A DNA stretch of 59,324 nucleotides from Pedococcus sp. (GTDB lineage: Bacteria > Actinomycetota > Actinomycetes > Actinomycetales > Dermatophilaceae). Below, piece by piece: positions 29,987 through 38,453 of this stretch. Position 1 is the first letter of the stretch; each line of letters opens with the position of its first letter. The notes under the pieces were generated by a model that worked only from the letters and a program-made list of their open reading frames with translations, did not search any database and was not told the origin of the DNA. The DNA lies in NCBI GenBank assembly GCA_036278335.1, contig DASULG010000350.1, positions 1 through 59,324 on the forward strand. The letters run 5' to 3'. The position numbers were made by a program, and so were the translations under genes.

Positions 29987-31633
29987 TCAGCCGGCGGTGG
30001 TGGTGTCGGCGCGGTCGAAGACGACCCGGCCGCCGGCGACGGTGATGTCCACCCGGGCGTCGGCGATCGGCGCGCCACCGGTGAACACGTTGTGGTCGAG
30101 CAGGGCCAGGTCGGCCCGCTGTCCCACGGCAAGGCTGCCGGCGTCCTCGTCGTGGTTGACGTAGGCCGAGCCGGCAGTGAACGCCCGCATGGCCACTTCC
30201 AGTGGAAGGGCCTGCTCGGGCAGGAACGGTGAGTTGTGGCGGTTCTCGGGGTCGACCCGGGTGACCGCGACCTCGATCTCCTCCAGTGGGTTGGCGGTCG
30301 TGACCGACCAGTCGCTGCCCATGGCGAGGGCGGCTCCGGAGCGCAGGAGGTCCCCGAAGGGGTACTGGCGTTCGGCGCGGTCGCGCCCGAGGAACGGGAT
30401 GGTGAGCTCCTCCATCTGGGGCTCCATCTGCGCCCAGTACGCCTGGCAGTTCGCGACGACACCGAGCTCGCGGAACCGCGGGACGTCCTCGGGCTGCACG
30501 ACCTGGATGTGGGCGATGTGGTGCCGGTTGTCGTTGGCGCCGTTGGCCTTCCGAGCCGCATCGACTGCATCCAGCGCATTGCGAACGGCGCGGTCGCCTA
30601 TGGCGTGGAGGTGGACCTGGAAGCCGTGCCGGTCGAGTTCGGTCACCGCTGCGGCGAGGAGGTCGCGCTCGACGTACGAGAGGCCACGGTTGTCCGTGTG
30701 GCCGCCGCAGCCATCGCAGTAGGGCTCAAGGAGCGCGCCGGTGAAGTTCTCGAGGACGCCGTCGGTCATGATCTTCACGCTCGTGGGGTGGAAGTTCCCG
30801 GTCCGACCGGCCTCTCGTTGGGTGAGGAACTCACTGACCTGGTCGAGCTCGCGGTGCCGGTCCCACCAGAGCGCGCCGACGACCCGGGCGCTGAGCCGGT
30901 CGCTGTCCGCCAGCGACCGGTAGGCCTCGAGCGTCGCAGGGGTCACCCACGCGTCCTGCCAGCCGGTGATGCCGAGGGAATGGAGGTGCCCCTGCGCCTC
31001 AAGGATGGCCGCCTCCCAGTCTGCACGGCTGGGGGTGGGCACGTGCTGGTCCTGGTAGCTGTAGGCCGCTCCCTCGTGGAGGGTGCCGCTGGGCTCGCCG
31101 GTCTGGGGGTCGCGCTCGATCCTGCCATCGGCAGGGTCGGACGTCTCGGCCGTGATGCCAGCGACCTCGAGGGCGCGGGAGTTGACCCAGGCGCCGTGGA
31201 CGTCGCGGTTCATGAGGAACACAGGGCGGTCCGGCACAACGGCGTCGAGGTCCTCCTTGGTCGGCGTCCCCCCGGGGAAGTACTCCATGGCCCAGCCGCC
31301 GCCGATGACCCACGGCAGGTCGGGATTCGCCGCGGCATACTCGGCGATCCTGCCGAGATACGCCTCCCGGCCGGTGAGGTCGTTGAGCCAGACATGCAGC
31401 CGGTTGCGACCGGCGAACGGCGCATGGACGTGGGCGTCCTGGAAGCCCGGGACGACGAGGGACCCGGGCTGGTGGACCACGCGGGTCCGGGACCCAGTCA
31501 GGGCCGCAGTGGCCTCGGCGCCGAGCGCGACGACCCGGTCACCGCGGACGGCGATGGTGTCGGCCCAAGGGCAGCCTGGGTCGCCAGTCCACACCTGGCC
31601 GCCGGTGATGACAAGGTCAGCATGTCCGCTCAT
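29987..31633 (-). CDS. Metal-dependent amidohydrolase (Amidohydro_3, YtcJ-like)
   Basis: PGFQDAHVH, VKIMTDG, HAIGDRA, HIAH, GSDW. Confidence 0.88.
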   Translation of the reverse strand: MSGHADLVITGGQVWTGDPGCPWADTIAVRGDRVVALGAEATAALTGSRTRVVHQPGSLVVPGFQDAHVHAPFAGRNRLHVWLNDLTGREAYLGRIAEYAAANPDLPWVIGGGWAMEYFPGGTPTKEDLDAVVPDRPVFLMNRDVHGAWVNSRALEVAGITAETSDPADGRIERDPQTGEPSGTLHEGAAYSYQDQHVPTPSRADWEAAILEAQGHLHSLGITGWQDAWVTPATLEAYRSLADSDRLSARVVGALWWDRHRELDQVSEFLTQREAGRTGNFHPTSVKIMTDGVLENFTGALLEPYCDGCGGHTDNRGLSYVERDLLAAAVTELDRHGFQVHLHAIGDRAVRNALDAVDAARKANGANDNRHHIAHIQVVQPEDVPRFRELGVVANCQAYWAQMEPQMEELTIPFLGRDRAERQYPFGDLLRSGAALAMGSDWSVTTANPLEEIEVAVTRVDPENRHNSPFLPEQALPLEVAMRAFTAGSAYVNHDEDAGSLAVGQRADLALLDHNVFTGGAPIADARVDITVAGGRVVFDRADTTTAG

Positions 31634-31685
31634 GGAAGCACCTTCGATTTGTGGTCGGTTAGGTCGGGAGGGGCGCGTCGACCCG

Positions 31686-33350
31686 TCAGAGGAAGTAGAG
31701 GCGCGACAGGGGAATGGTGTCCGCGGGCGGGCACCAGACCCGTTCCCCCTGAAGCCGCACCGAGCCGTCCGGGGCAACCTGTACGTCGGCGGAGGGCCGG
31801 TGGCGATTCATGGCGCCGAGAGTGAGCCCGCGCGTCCCGCGAACCGGCACGCGCCGTCGGCGGGTCGGCAGCCGGTCGGCGCCCTCGTCGTGTGTGGCCT
31901 GCGCGACGAACGCCACCGAGAGCTCTGCTGGGGCGCCGCCGAAGCCACCGAACTGGGGCCCCAGCACGAGCGGCTGGGCCCTGTCGATGGCTGCGTTGGG
32001 GTCGCCGGTGACGCCCCAGGCGGGGAAGCCGGCCTTGAGAACCAACTGCGGGCTGGCACCAAAGCGGGCCGGCTCCCACAGGACGATGTCGGCGAGCTTG
32101 CCCACCTCGAGCGAGCCGACCTCGTGGGCCAGCCCGTGCGCGATGGCGGGGTTGATCGTGAGCTTCGCGAGGTAGCGCAGCACGCGCTCGTTGTCGTGGC
32201 GGTCGTCCGCTGCCCCCCGGACGCGCTTCATGACGCCGGCGAGCGCAAAGGTGCGGCGCACGGTCTCGCCGGCGCGGCCCATTCCCAGGGCATCGGAGGA
32301 GGTGATGGGGATGATCCCGAGGTCGTGGAGCACGTTCTCGGCGCCCATCGTCTCGGCCCGGATGCGGTCGCGGGTGATGGCGGCGTCGGTGGGGACATCC
32401 GGGGAGAGCCCGTGCACCTCCATGATCATGTCGAAGTGCTCGGCGACCGCGTCCCGGCCGAAGGGCAGCGTGGGGTTTGTCGAGGACCCGATCACGTTCG
32501 GAACCCCAGCGAGGCTGAGGACATCAGGGGAGTGCCCGCCGCCGCAGCCCTCGACGTGGAACGCGTGGACGGTGCGGCCGTCGAGGACCTCGAGTGTGTC
32601 CGCGACGAGGAGGCTCTCGTTGAGGCCGTCGGTGTGCACCGCCACCTGCACGTCGTGCTCTTCGGCAACCGAGAGGGCCGTGTCGAGGGCCCGGGCGTGG
32701 GCGCCCATGTCCTCGTGGACCTTGAAGCCGCAGGCTCCGCCCTCGGCGAGCGCCTCGACCAGCGGTCCCGGGTGGGAGGACGAACCGCGGGCAAGGAAGC
32801 CGATGTTGACCGGCCAGGCGTCGAAGGCGGAGAACGCCGTGCGCAGCGCCCACGGCGAGTTGACTCCCACGCCCCAGACCGGACCGAACTCCTGGCCGAT
32901 GATCGACGTCACGCCCGAGGCCAGCGATGCCTCCATGACCCTGGGGCTGAGCAGGTGCACGTGCGTGTCGATTGCCCCGGCGGTGGCGATGAGCCCCTCC
33001 CCGCTGACGATCGCGGTGCCCGTGCCGACGACGACCTCGACCCCGTCGAGCGTGTGGGGGTTGCCTGCCCGGCCGATCGCAGAGATGCGACCCTCGCGGA
33101 TGCCGATCGAGGCTTTACGCACCCCGAGGACGGGGTCGAGGACCAGGACGTTGGTCACGACCAGGTCGCACGTCTCGCGCACGGTAGCGGCGAGCAGGTG
33201 CATCCCATCGCGCGCCGGGCGTGCGAAGCCGGTGGTGAACTCCTCGCCCACGGCCTGGGAGTCGTGCTCGACCTCGACGATGAGACCGGTGTCGCCGAGA
33301 GCGACCCGGTCGCCGGTGGAGGGTCCGTATGCCGCGTGCCCCCCGCTCAT
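31686..33350 (-). CDS. ureC: Urease alpha-subunit paralog (divergent)
   Basis: YGPSTGD, DTHVH, FKVHED, VHTD, FHVEGCGGGH, SSTNPT, SSD..GMGR, TINPAIAHG; flap and substrate loop atypical (see findings). Confidence 0.8.
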   Translation of the reverse strand: MSGGHAAYGPSTGDRVALGDTGLIVEVEHDSQAVGEEFTTGFARPARDGMHLLAATVRETCDLVVTNVLVLDPVLGVRKASIGIREGRISAIGRAGNPHTLDGVEVVVGTGTAIVSGEGLIATAGAIDTHVHLLSPRVMEASLASGVTSIIGQEFGPVWGVGVNSPWALRTAFSAFDAWPVNIGFLARGSSSHPGPLVEALAEGGACGFKVHEDMGAHARALDTALSVAEEHDVQVAVHTDGLNESLLVADTLEVLDGRTVHAFHVEGCGGGHSPDVLSLAGVPNVIGSSTNPTLPFGRDAVAEHFDMIMEVHGLSPDVPTDAAITRDRIRAETMGAENVLHDLGIIPITSSDALGMGRAGETVRRTFALAGVMKRVRGAADDRHDNERVLRYLAKLTINPAIAHGLAHEVGSLEVGKLADIVLWEPARFGASPQLVLKAGFPAWGVTGDPNAAIDRAQPLVLGPQFGGFGGAPAELSVAFVAQATHDEGADRLPTRRRRVPVRGTRGLTLGAMNRHRPSADVQVAPDGSVRLQGERVWCPPADTIPLSRLYFL

Positions 33351-34048
33351 GCCGGCGCCCCGTCCCCTGTGTCGAGGTAGCCGCAGGCGCGGGCTCGCTG
33401 AAGGCCGGCCTCGAGGGCCCCGGGGGCGTCGAGCGGGCCATCGGCCAGGCCAGCGAATCCGATGGCGACCCGGTCGCCGCCGATGGGCACCAGCTGGACG
33501 GGTACGGGCAGGCCCGGCTCGAAACGCACCACCGCGCCCGATGGCACGCCGAGCCGGCGCCCCCACGCTGCCGCCCGGTCGAAGCGGAGCCGCGGGTTGG
33601 CCTCGAAGAAGTGGAAGTGCGACGTGACGCTGATGGGGACGGCGGCCTCGTTGACCACCGTCACCTCGACGGTGCCGGCCCTGGCGGTCGGCGGTGCGGG
33701 CTCGGCTGCCTGGACCGTGCCGGGGGCGGTGGGCCTACCCGAGGGCGGGCCGAACGGCGCTTCGACCACGGCGAGGCGCGTCCCGTCGTCGAAGACTGCC
33801 TCCACCTCCACCCGCCGCACCACGTCGGCCACGCCGGGCAGGACGTCCTGCGGCCCGAGAACGGCCTTGCCGGCGGCGACCGCCTCGGCGAGGCGGCGGC
33901 CATCACGGGCGGCCTCGGCCACGGTGTCTGCCACGAGGGCGGTCGCCTCGGGCACGTTCAGCTGCAGGCCGCGGGCCCGGCGGGCGCGCGCCAGCTCGGC
34001 TGCGGTGAACAGCAGCAGGCGGTCGCGCTCAGAGGGTGTGAGCTGCAC
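33347..34048 (-). CDS. ureAB: Fused urease gamma/beta subunit
   Basis: VQLTPSERDRL, GLQLNVPEA, EAVFDDG (gamma) and SHFHFFEAN, VRFEPG (beta); AGGAG RBS before GTG at 34048; ATGA overlap with the alpha gene. Confidence 0.85.
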   Translation of the reverse strand: MQLTPSERDRLLLFTAAELARARRARGLQLNVPEATALVADTVAEAARDGRRLAEAVAAGKAVLGPQDVLPGVADVVRRVEVEAVFDDGTRLAVVEAPFGPPSGRPTAPGTVQAAEPAPPTARAGTVEVTVVNEAAVPISVTSHFHFFEANPRLRFDRAAAWGRRLGVPSGAVVRFEPGLPVPVQLVPIGGDRVAIGFAGLADGPLDAPGALEAGLQRARACGYLDTGDGAPA

Positions 34049-34145
34049 GAGGTCTCCTGGCCGGGCGGGCGGGGGTGGCAGAGCTGGTGGTGCGGGACGG
34101 GCGTGTGGCGGTGCTGGGACGCCGTGCCGAGCACGAAACCACAAA

Positions 34146-34159
34146 CAGAAACGTTTCTG
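34146..34159. promoter_or_regulatory. Candidate LacI-family operator
   Basis: Perfect 14-bp palindrome CAGAAACGTTTCTG with central CG, flanked by AAACCA...TGGTTT, between divergent ureAB and lacI. Confidence 0.75.
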
Positions 34160-34228
34160 CAATGGTTTGGGTACTTCAGATCTCGCGCACGTCAGCTCGG
34201 GACGACGTCGCATAGGGTCGGCACAGAC

Positions 34229-35233
34229 ATGGGCAAGGCAAACCGGGTGAGCATCCGCGACGTGGCGCGGGCTGCTGGCGTGTCCACGACCACCGTCTCC
34301 GACGCGGTGACGGGCCGAGGCCGGATCTCCCAGGCCACCCGCGACCGGGTGGCCCAGGTAGCGGCGGACCTCGGCTACGTGGCCCACCCGAACGCGCGGT
34401 GGCTGCGCTCCGGGCGCACTGGCGCCGTGGGCCTCTACCTGCCCGAGCGGACGGCCGGCTGGGAGTACTACATGCGCCTGGCCCTCGGCGCAGCCGAGGA
34501 GGCGTTCTCCCACCAGATGGCGCTGACGCTGGTGCCGACGTGGCCCGAGCGACATGCCGGACCGCCGCTGCACGTTGATGGTGTCATTGTCTCCGACCCG
34601 GTGCTCGGCTCGCCGATGATGGCCCGACTGGCCGGCCTGGGTGTCCCCGTGGTCACATGCGAGCGTGACGTCACCCCGGGGGCCGAGCATGCCGGCAGGG
34701 TTGAGGGCGACCACCAGGCCGGGATCCAGACGGTGCTCGACCACCTCAGCAAGCAGGGTGCCCGGCGGATCGCGGTGCTCTGTCCGCCGGACGACACCTC
34801 GTACGGACTCGACGTGCGAGTGGGCCATGCCCGGTGGTGTGCCGAGCGTGAGCTCCCGGCGCTCCTGTACGAAGTTCCCTTCGACGCGCCCGCGGAGGCG
34901 GTCACCCGCGCCACCCGGGCCGCCCTCACCGCGGAGCACCGCCCCGACGCAGTCATCGCGGTCCCCGAGGGTGGCGTCGGACCGTGCATGGAGGCCATCC
35001 GCGGGGCCGGGCTCGAGTTCCCGCGCGACATCCTTCTCGCGTCATATGTCGATGACCTCTTCCTCGCGTCTCTGCCTGTGCCGGTGACCGCCGTCGACCT
35101 CAAGCCGACGCTCATGGGCCAGCAGGCCTCCCGACTGCTCGCCGAGATCATCGACGGCCGGGCCCCGCGCGGACAGGTGCTGCAGGTCCCCACGGTCCTG
35201 CACATCCGCGCGAGCACAACGGGCGGCCGCTGA
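34229..35233 (+). CDS. LacI-family transcriptional regulator
   Basis: SIRDVARAAGVSTTTVS HTH, LGY, hinge ARWL, C-terminal sugar-binding-like domain, LHIRAST. Confidence 0.92.
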   Translation: MGKANRVSIRDVARAAGVSTTTVSDAVTGRGRISQATRDRVAQVAADLGYVAHPNARWLRSGRTGAVGLYLPERTAGWEYYMRLALGAAEEAFSHQMALTLVPTWPERHAGPPLHVDGVIVSDPVLGSPMMARLAGLGVPVVTCERDVTPGAEHAGRVEGDHQAGIQTVLDHLSKQGARRIAVLCPPDDTSYGLDVRVGHARWCAERELPALLYEVPFDAPAEAVTRATRAALTAEHRPDAVIAVPEGGVGPCMEAIRGAGLEFPRDILLASYVDDLFLASLPVPVTAVDLKPTLMGQQASRLLAEIIDGRAPRGQVLQVPTVLHIRASTTGGR

Positions 35234-35441
35234 GCGCGCACGACATGGTGACGGACCCCGTCCTCGGGCACGCCCGTCCGGCTTGCCGCTGACCCCGGGG
35301 TCTGGGTACGACCTTCGGGTGCACTTTTCGACGAACGCCGCCCCGCGGCATACCGCTGTGGCTAGCCTGTGCGCCGCACTGCCGCACCATCCGGCATCCG
35401 GCCGGTGAACGCGGCGCAGGGGGAGCAGGGGGACTGCTGTG

Positions 35442-37205
35442 ATGCGTGCACGCGCGCTGTGGGGACGAGTGGTGGCGGGTGCGGTACTGGCCGCGCCGAT
35501 GGCGGGAGTGGCGGGGACCGCGCCCGCCCAGGCCGTGGCGGAGACCGAGACGTACTTCTCCTACGCCAGCCAGCCCGGTGACTACATCGGTCAGGGTCAG
35601 ACGGCAACGCTGACTGCCCCGACCGGGTTCGCGATCGGGGGCACGGCAGGCTCGGTGAGCTTCAGTGCCGACACCGGCTCGGAGTGGTGGGACGTCACCC
35701 TCGCCGCGCCGCGCGGGGCGCAGCTCACCACCGGCGTCTACGAGAACGCGGCCCGCGCGCCCTTCAACGACGCGCAGCCGGGGCTGTCCGTGAGCTCGAC
35801 GGGGCGCGGCTGCAACACCACCAAGGGCAGGTTCACCGTCTACGCGATCAGCGCGGACACCTCCGGCCGGATCACGTCACTCGACGCAGAGTTCACGCAG
35901 TTCTGCGACGGCGGCGCCGGTGCCCTGACGGGCACGGTGAAGTATGCCGCGCCGTACGTCGTGCCCATCGTGCTCACCTCCTCGAACCCCAGCACCGTGG
36001 TGGACCAGCCCGTCACCCTGACCGCGCGGGTCAACCCGGGTACCGGACCGGTGACCTTCCTGGACGGTGGCACGGTGATCGGGCAGGCCAGCCCCGACAG
36101 CGCGAGCCTCGCCCGGTTCACGACGAACCGACTCACCGCGGGCGCCCACGCGCTGTACGCCAGGCAGGGCACCTCCACCTCGGCCCGCCTGTCGCAGGCG
36201 GTCTCCGCAGCGGACACCTCGCTGTGGTTCAGCAGCGAGAACGGCGACTACATCGGCCAGGGTGCGTCGGCGAGCTACGTCCGGCCGACTGCCACGCTGA
36301 CTGCTCGAGGTGACGCGGGCTACGCGTCGATCAGCGTGGACGACCCCACATCCGGCGACTGGTGGACCGTTGACGTCGCGGCGCCTCCCGGCCAGACCCT
36401 GGTGCCGGGGACCTACACCGGCGCCGTGCGCGCGCCGTTCCGCGGGACGGGCCAGCCCGGCCTCAGCGTGTCCGGCAGCGGCCGAGGCTGCAACGAGCTG
36501 ATCGGCGACTTCACCGTCCACCAGATCGGCACGGCCCCAGACGGCACCATCGCCAGTCTTGACGTGAGCTTCACCCAGTACTGCGGTTCCAGCACCGAGG
36601 CGCTCACCGGGCGGGCTCGCTTCCAGGCCGGCCCAGCCAGCTCGCCGGTGGCCTCGACCACCTCCCTCGCGACAGCGGTCACGAGCGAAGGGCAGGTCTC
36701 GGTCGCCGCCACGGTCACCGGCGGAGCCGGCACACCCACGGGGCAGGTTGTCTTCTCCGAGGGCAGCACGACGTTGGGGTCCTCGACCCTCGACAGCAGC
36801 GGCCGAGCGTTCCTCGTGGTGACCATGGCGCGCGGCACGCACGCAATCACCGCGGCCTACAGCGGCAGCCCGACGTACCTGGGGAGCACTGCGACGACCC
36901 AGGTCGACGTCACAGGCATCGCCACCGCAACCACCATCGCCGTCGGCAAGACGGTCGTGAAGGCGGGCAAACCCCTGTCGGTCAGCGTCACCGTGGACGC
37001 GGCGGGGAGCAGCCTGCCGAGCGGGTTGGTCCGGCTCTACGACGGCGTGGAGCCCGTCGGCACTGCCGCGGCGCTCAGCAGCGGCCTGGCGACCATCGTG
37101 TGGACGCCGGTCACCAAGGGCACGCACAGCCTGACCGTGCGGTATGCCGGCGACGCCCAGCACGCGGGTTCGGAGTCCGATCCCGTGTCGGTCAGGGTCA
37201 ACTGA
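35442..37205 (+). CDS. Secreted protein with two copies of an uncharacterised domain and three Ig-like (Big_3-type) domains
   Basis: Signal peptide ending AQA; repeated GDYIGQG...WW...PGLSVS..GRGCN...FTQ(F/Y)C; Ig repeats with VTFLDG/VVFSEG/VRLYDG and G(A/T)H(A/S)(L/I). Confidence 0.8.
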   Translation: MRARALWGRVVAGAVLAAPMAGVAGTAPAQAVAETETYFSYASQPGDYIGQGQTATLTAPTGFAIGGTAGSVSFSADTGSEWWDVTLAAPRGAQLTTGVYENAARAPFNDAQPGLSVSSTGRGCNTTKGRFTVYAISADTSGRITSLDAEFTQFCDGGAGALTGTVKYAAPYVVPIVLTSSNPSTVVDQPVTLTARVNPGTGPVTFLDGGTVIGQASPDSASLARFTTNRLTAGAHALYARQGTSTSARLSQAVSAADTSLWFSSENGDYIGQGASASYVRPTATLTARGDAGYASISVDDPTSGDWWTVDVAAPPGQTLVPGTYTGAVRAPFRGTGQPGLSVSGSGRGCNELIGDFTVHQIGTAPDGTIASLDVSFTQYCGSSTEALTGRARFQAGPASSPVASTTSLATAVTSEGQVSVAATVTGGAGTPTGQVVFSEGSTTLGSSTLDSSGRAFLVVTMARGTHAITAAYSGSPTYLGSTATTQVDVTGIATATTIAVGKTVVKAGKPLSVSVTVDAAGSSLPSGLVRLYDGVEPVGTAAALSSGLATIVWTPVTKGTHSLTVRYAGDAQHAGSESDPVSVRVN

Positions 37206-37776
37206 CCGCGGCCACCGCGCTCGGCAGGTGATCCCGGCTGAGCGCGGCGGCCACCCCCACCGTCGGCGCCGAGACCGGCAGCCCGGCAGCCCGCCAGGCC
37301 GCAAATCCGCCGATGACGTCGGTGGCCCGGTGGACCCCGAGCCTGACCAGCGCGTCGGCGGCGAGGGAGGAGGTGTAGCCCTCCTGGCACAGCACGATGA
37401 CCCGGGTCTCGAACCCGGCCTCCGGCAGGCGCGCCGCCTGCCGGGGGTCGAAGCGCCACTCGAGGACGTTGCGCTCGACGACGAGGGGGCCGAGGTGCTC
37501 GGCGACCTCGCCCTCCCGCTCGCGCTGCGCGGCGGGGCGAATGTCGACCAGGTGGGCGCGCCGGTACAGCACCTCCTGGAAGGCGGCGCGGGCGCTCACC
37601 CGAGCCAGTCGGGTCCTGGCGTCGGCAAGCTGGTCCTCGATTCCGTCGAAGACCGGCGCGTCCCAGCTGCGGCCGGAGGGCCGCGCCCGGGCAGACGCAG
37701 ATGCGGACGCGGACGCGGACGGGCCTACGGCGCCCGCGCTGAAGAGCCTGGTCTCCCAGTGGACGGTGGTGCTCAC
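37198..37776 (-). CDS. Rhodanese-like sulfurtransferase
   Basis: LVDIRP, ERNVLEWRFDP, active loop CQEGYTS, DVIGGFAAW; GTGA-coupled to CDO. Confidence 0.85.
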   Translation of the reverse strand: MSTTVHWETRLFSAGAVGPSASASASASARARPSGRSWDAPVFDGIEDQLADARTRLARVSARAAFQEVLYRRAHLVDIRPAAQREREGEVAEHLGPLVVERNVLEWRFDPRQAARLPEAGFETRVIVLCQEGYTSSLAADALVRLGVHRATDVIGGFAAWRAAGLPVSAPTVGVAAALSRDHLPSAVAAVS

Positions 37777-38255
37777 CAGTCCTCACCTGCCCTCTCCGCG
37801 CCGGTGTGCTGCAGGCCGCCGTCCACGACGGCATACCGGTTCATCCGCGTCAGCGCGGGTGAGTAGACGTGGACCGACAGTGCTGGGTGGGTGCCGAGGT
37901 TGCCCACCTGGTGGATGTGGTGCCTGCCGAACGAGCGGCCTTCGCCGACGGCCAGCTCCCGGGCGTGGGCGGTCTCGGCCCAGCTGGTCTCGGTCAGGGC
38001 GCCGAGGACGGTGAGGAACGCACCCTCGGAACCGTCGTGGTCGTGCCACCCGGTGCTGCTGCCCGGAGGCCACGTCAGCAGCCAGATCTCCAGGTGCGCC
38101 GTGGCGTCCAGGCGCCGCCACCGGCGCTCGGTGGCGTCGAGGTCGACGAGGGTGTGCAGGTCCGGGTCAGTGGCGAAGAGGCGGGCCGTGCGCAGCAGCT
38201 GGCTGCGGGTGAAGCGGTTGATGCCGGGGGTCCCGGCGGTGGTGAGGACGGTCAT
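37773..38255 (-). CDS. Cysteine dioxygenase family (cupin) protein
   Basis: WLLTW, GWHDH, HIHQV (3-His site), SVHVYSP; AGGAG RBS. Confidence 0.88.
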   Translation of the reverse strand: MTVLTTAGTPGINRFTRSQLLRTARLFATDPDLHTLVDLDATERRWRRLDATAHLEIWLLTWPPGSSTGWHDHDGSEGAFLTVLGALTETSWAETAHARELAVGEGRSFGRHHIHQVGNLGTHPALSVHVYSPALTRMNRYAVVDGGLQHTGAERAGEDW

Positions 38256-38391
38256 GTCTGCTCCTGAGGTCAGCGGGTTGAGCGTTGTCGGACGGGCGCG
38301 GGCGGTGGCTGCGCATTCGTCGACACAGGGCGCTGTCAGTCAGGTGCAGGTCGATGTGGATCCGGCGGTATGCCGTGAGGCTGGGTTTCAT
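38167..38391 (-). CDS. Putative leader-like sORF (MKPSLTAYRRIHIDLHLTDSALCRR..., 74 aa), overlapping the CDO start out of frame
   Basis: GGAG 7 nt before ATG; RRxHxDL...SALC pattern recalls actinobacterial Cys-pathway leader peptides. Confidence 0.45.
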   Translation of the reverse strand: MKPSLTAYRRIHIDLHLTDSALCRRMRSHRPRPSDNAQPADLRSRHDRPHHRRDPRHQPLHPQPAAAHGPPLRH

Positions 38392-38453
38392 GGAAGGTCT
38401 CCGGGGTGGGGCGTCGGCGTTCTCGGTGACGCCGGGCTGGTGCGGGCGAGGGC

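Noticed and set aside
31686-34048. Ordinary complete urease locus recycling urea from the ureohydrolase
   Set aside because: Not excluded, but flap and pocket motifs are altered and accessory genes are absent locally, so the plain annotation is not accepted
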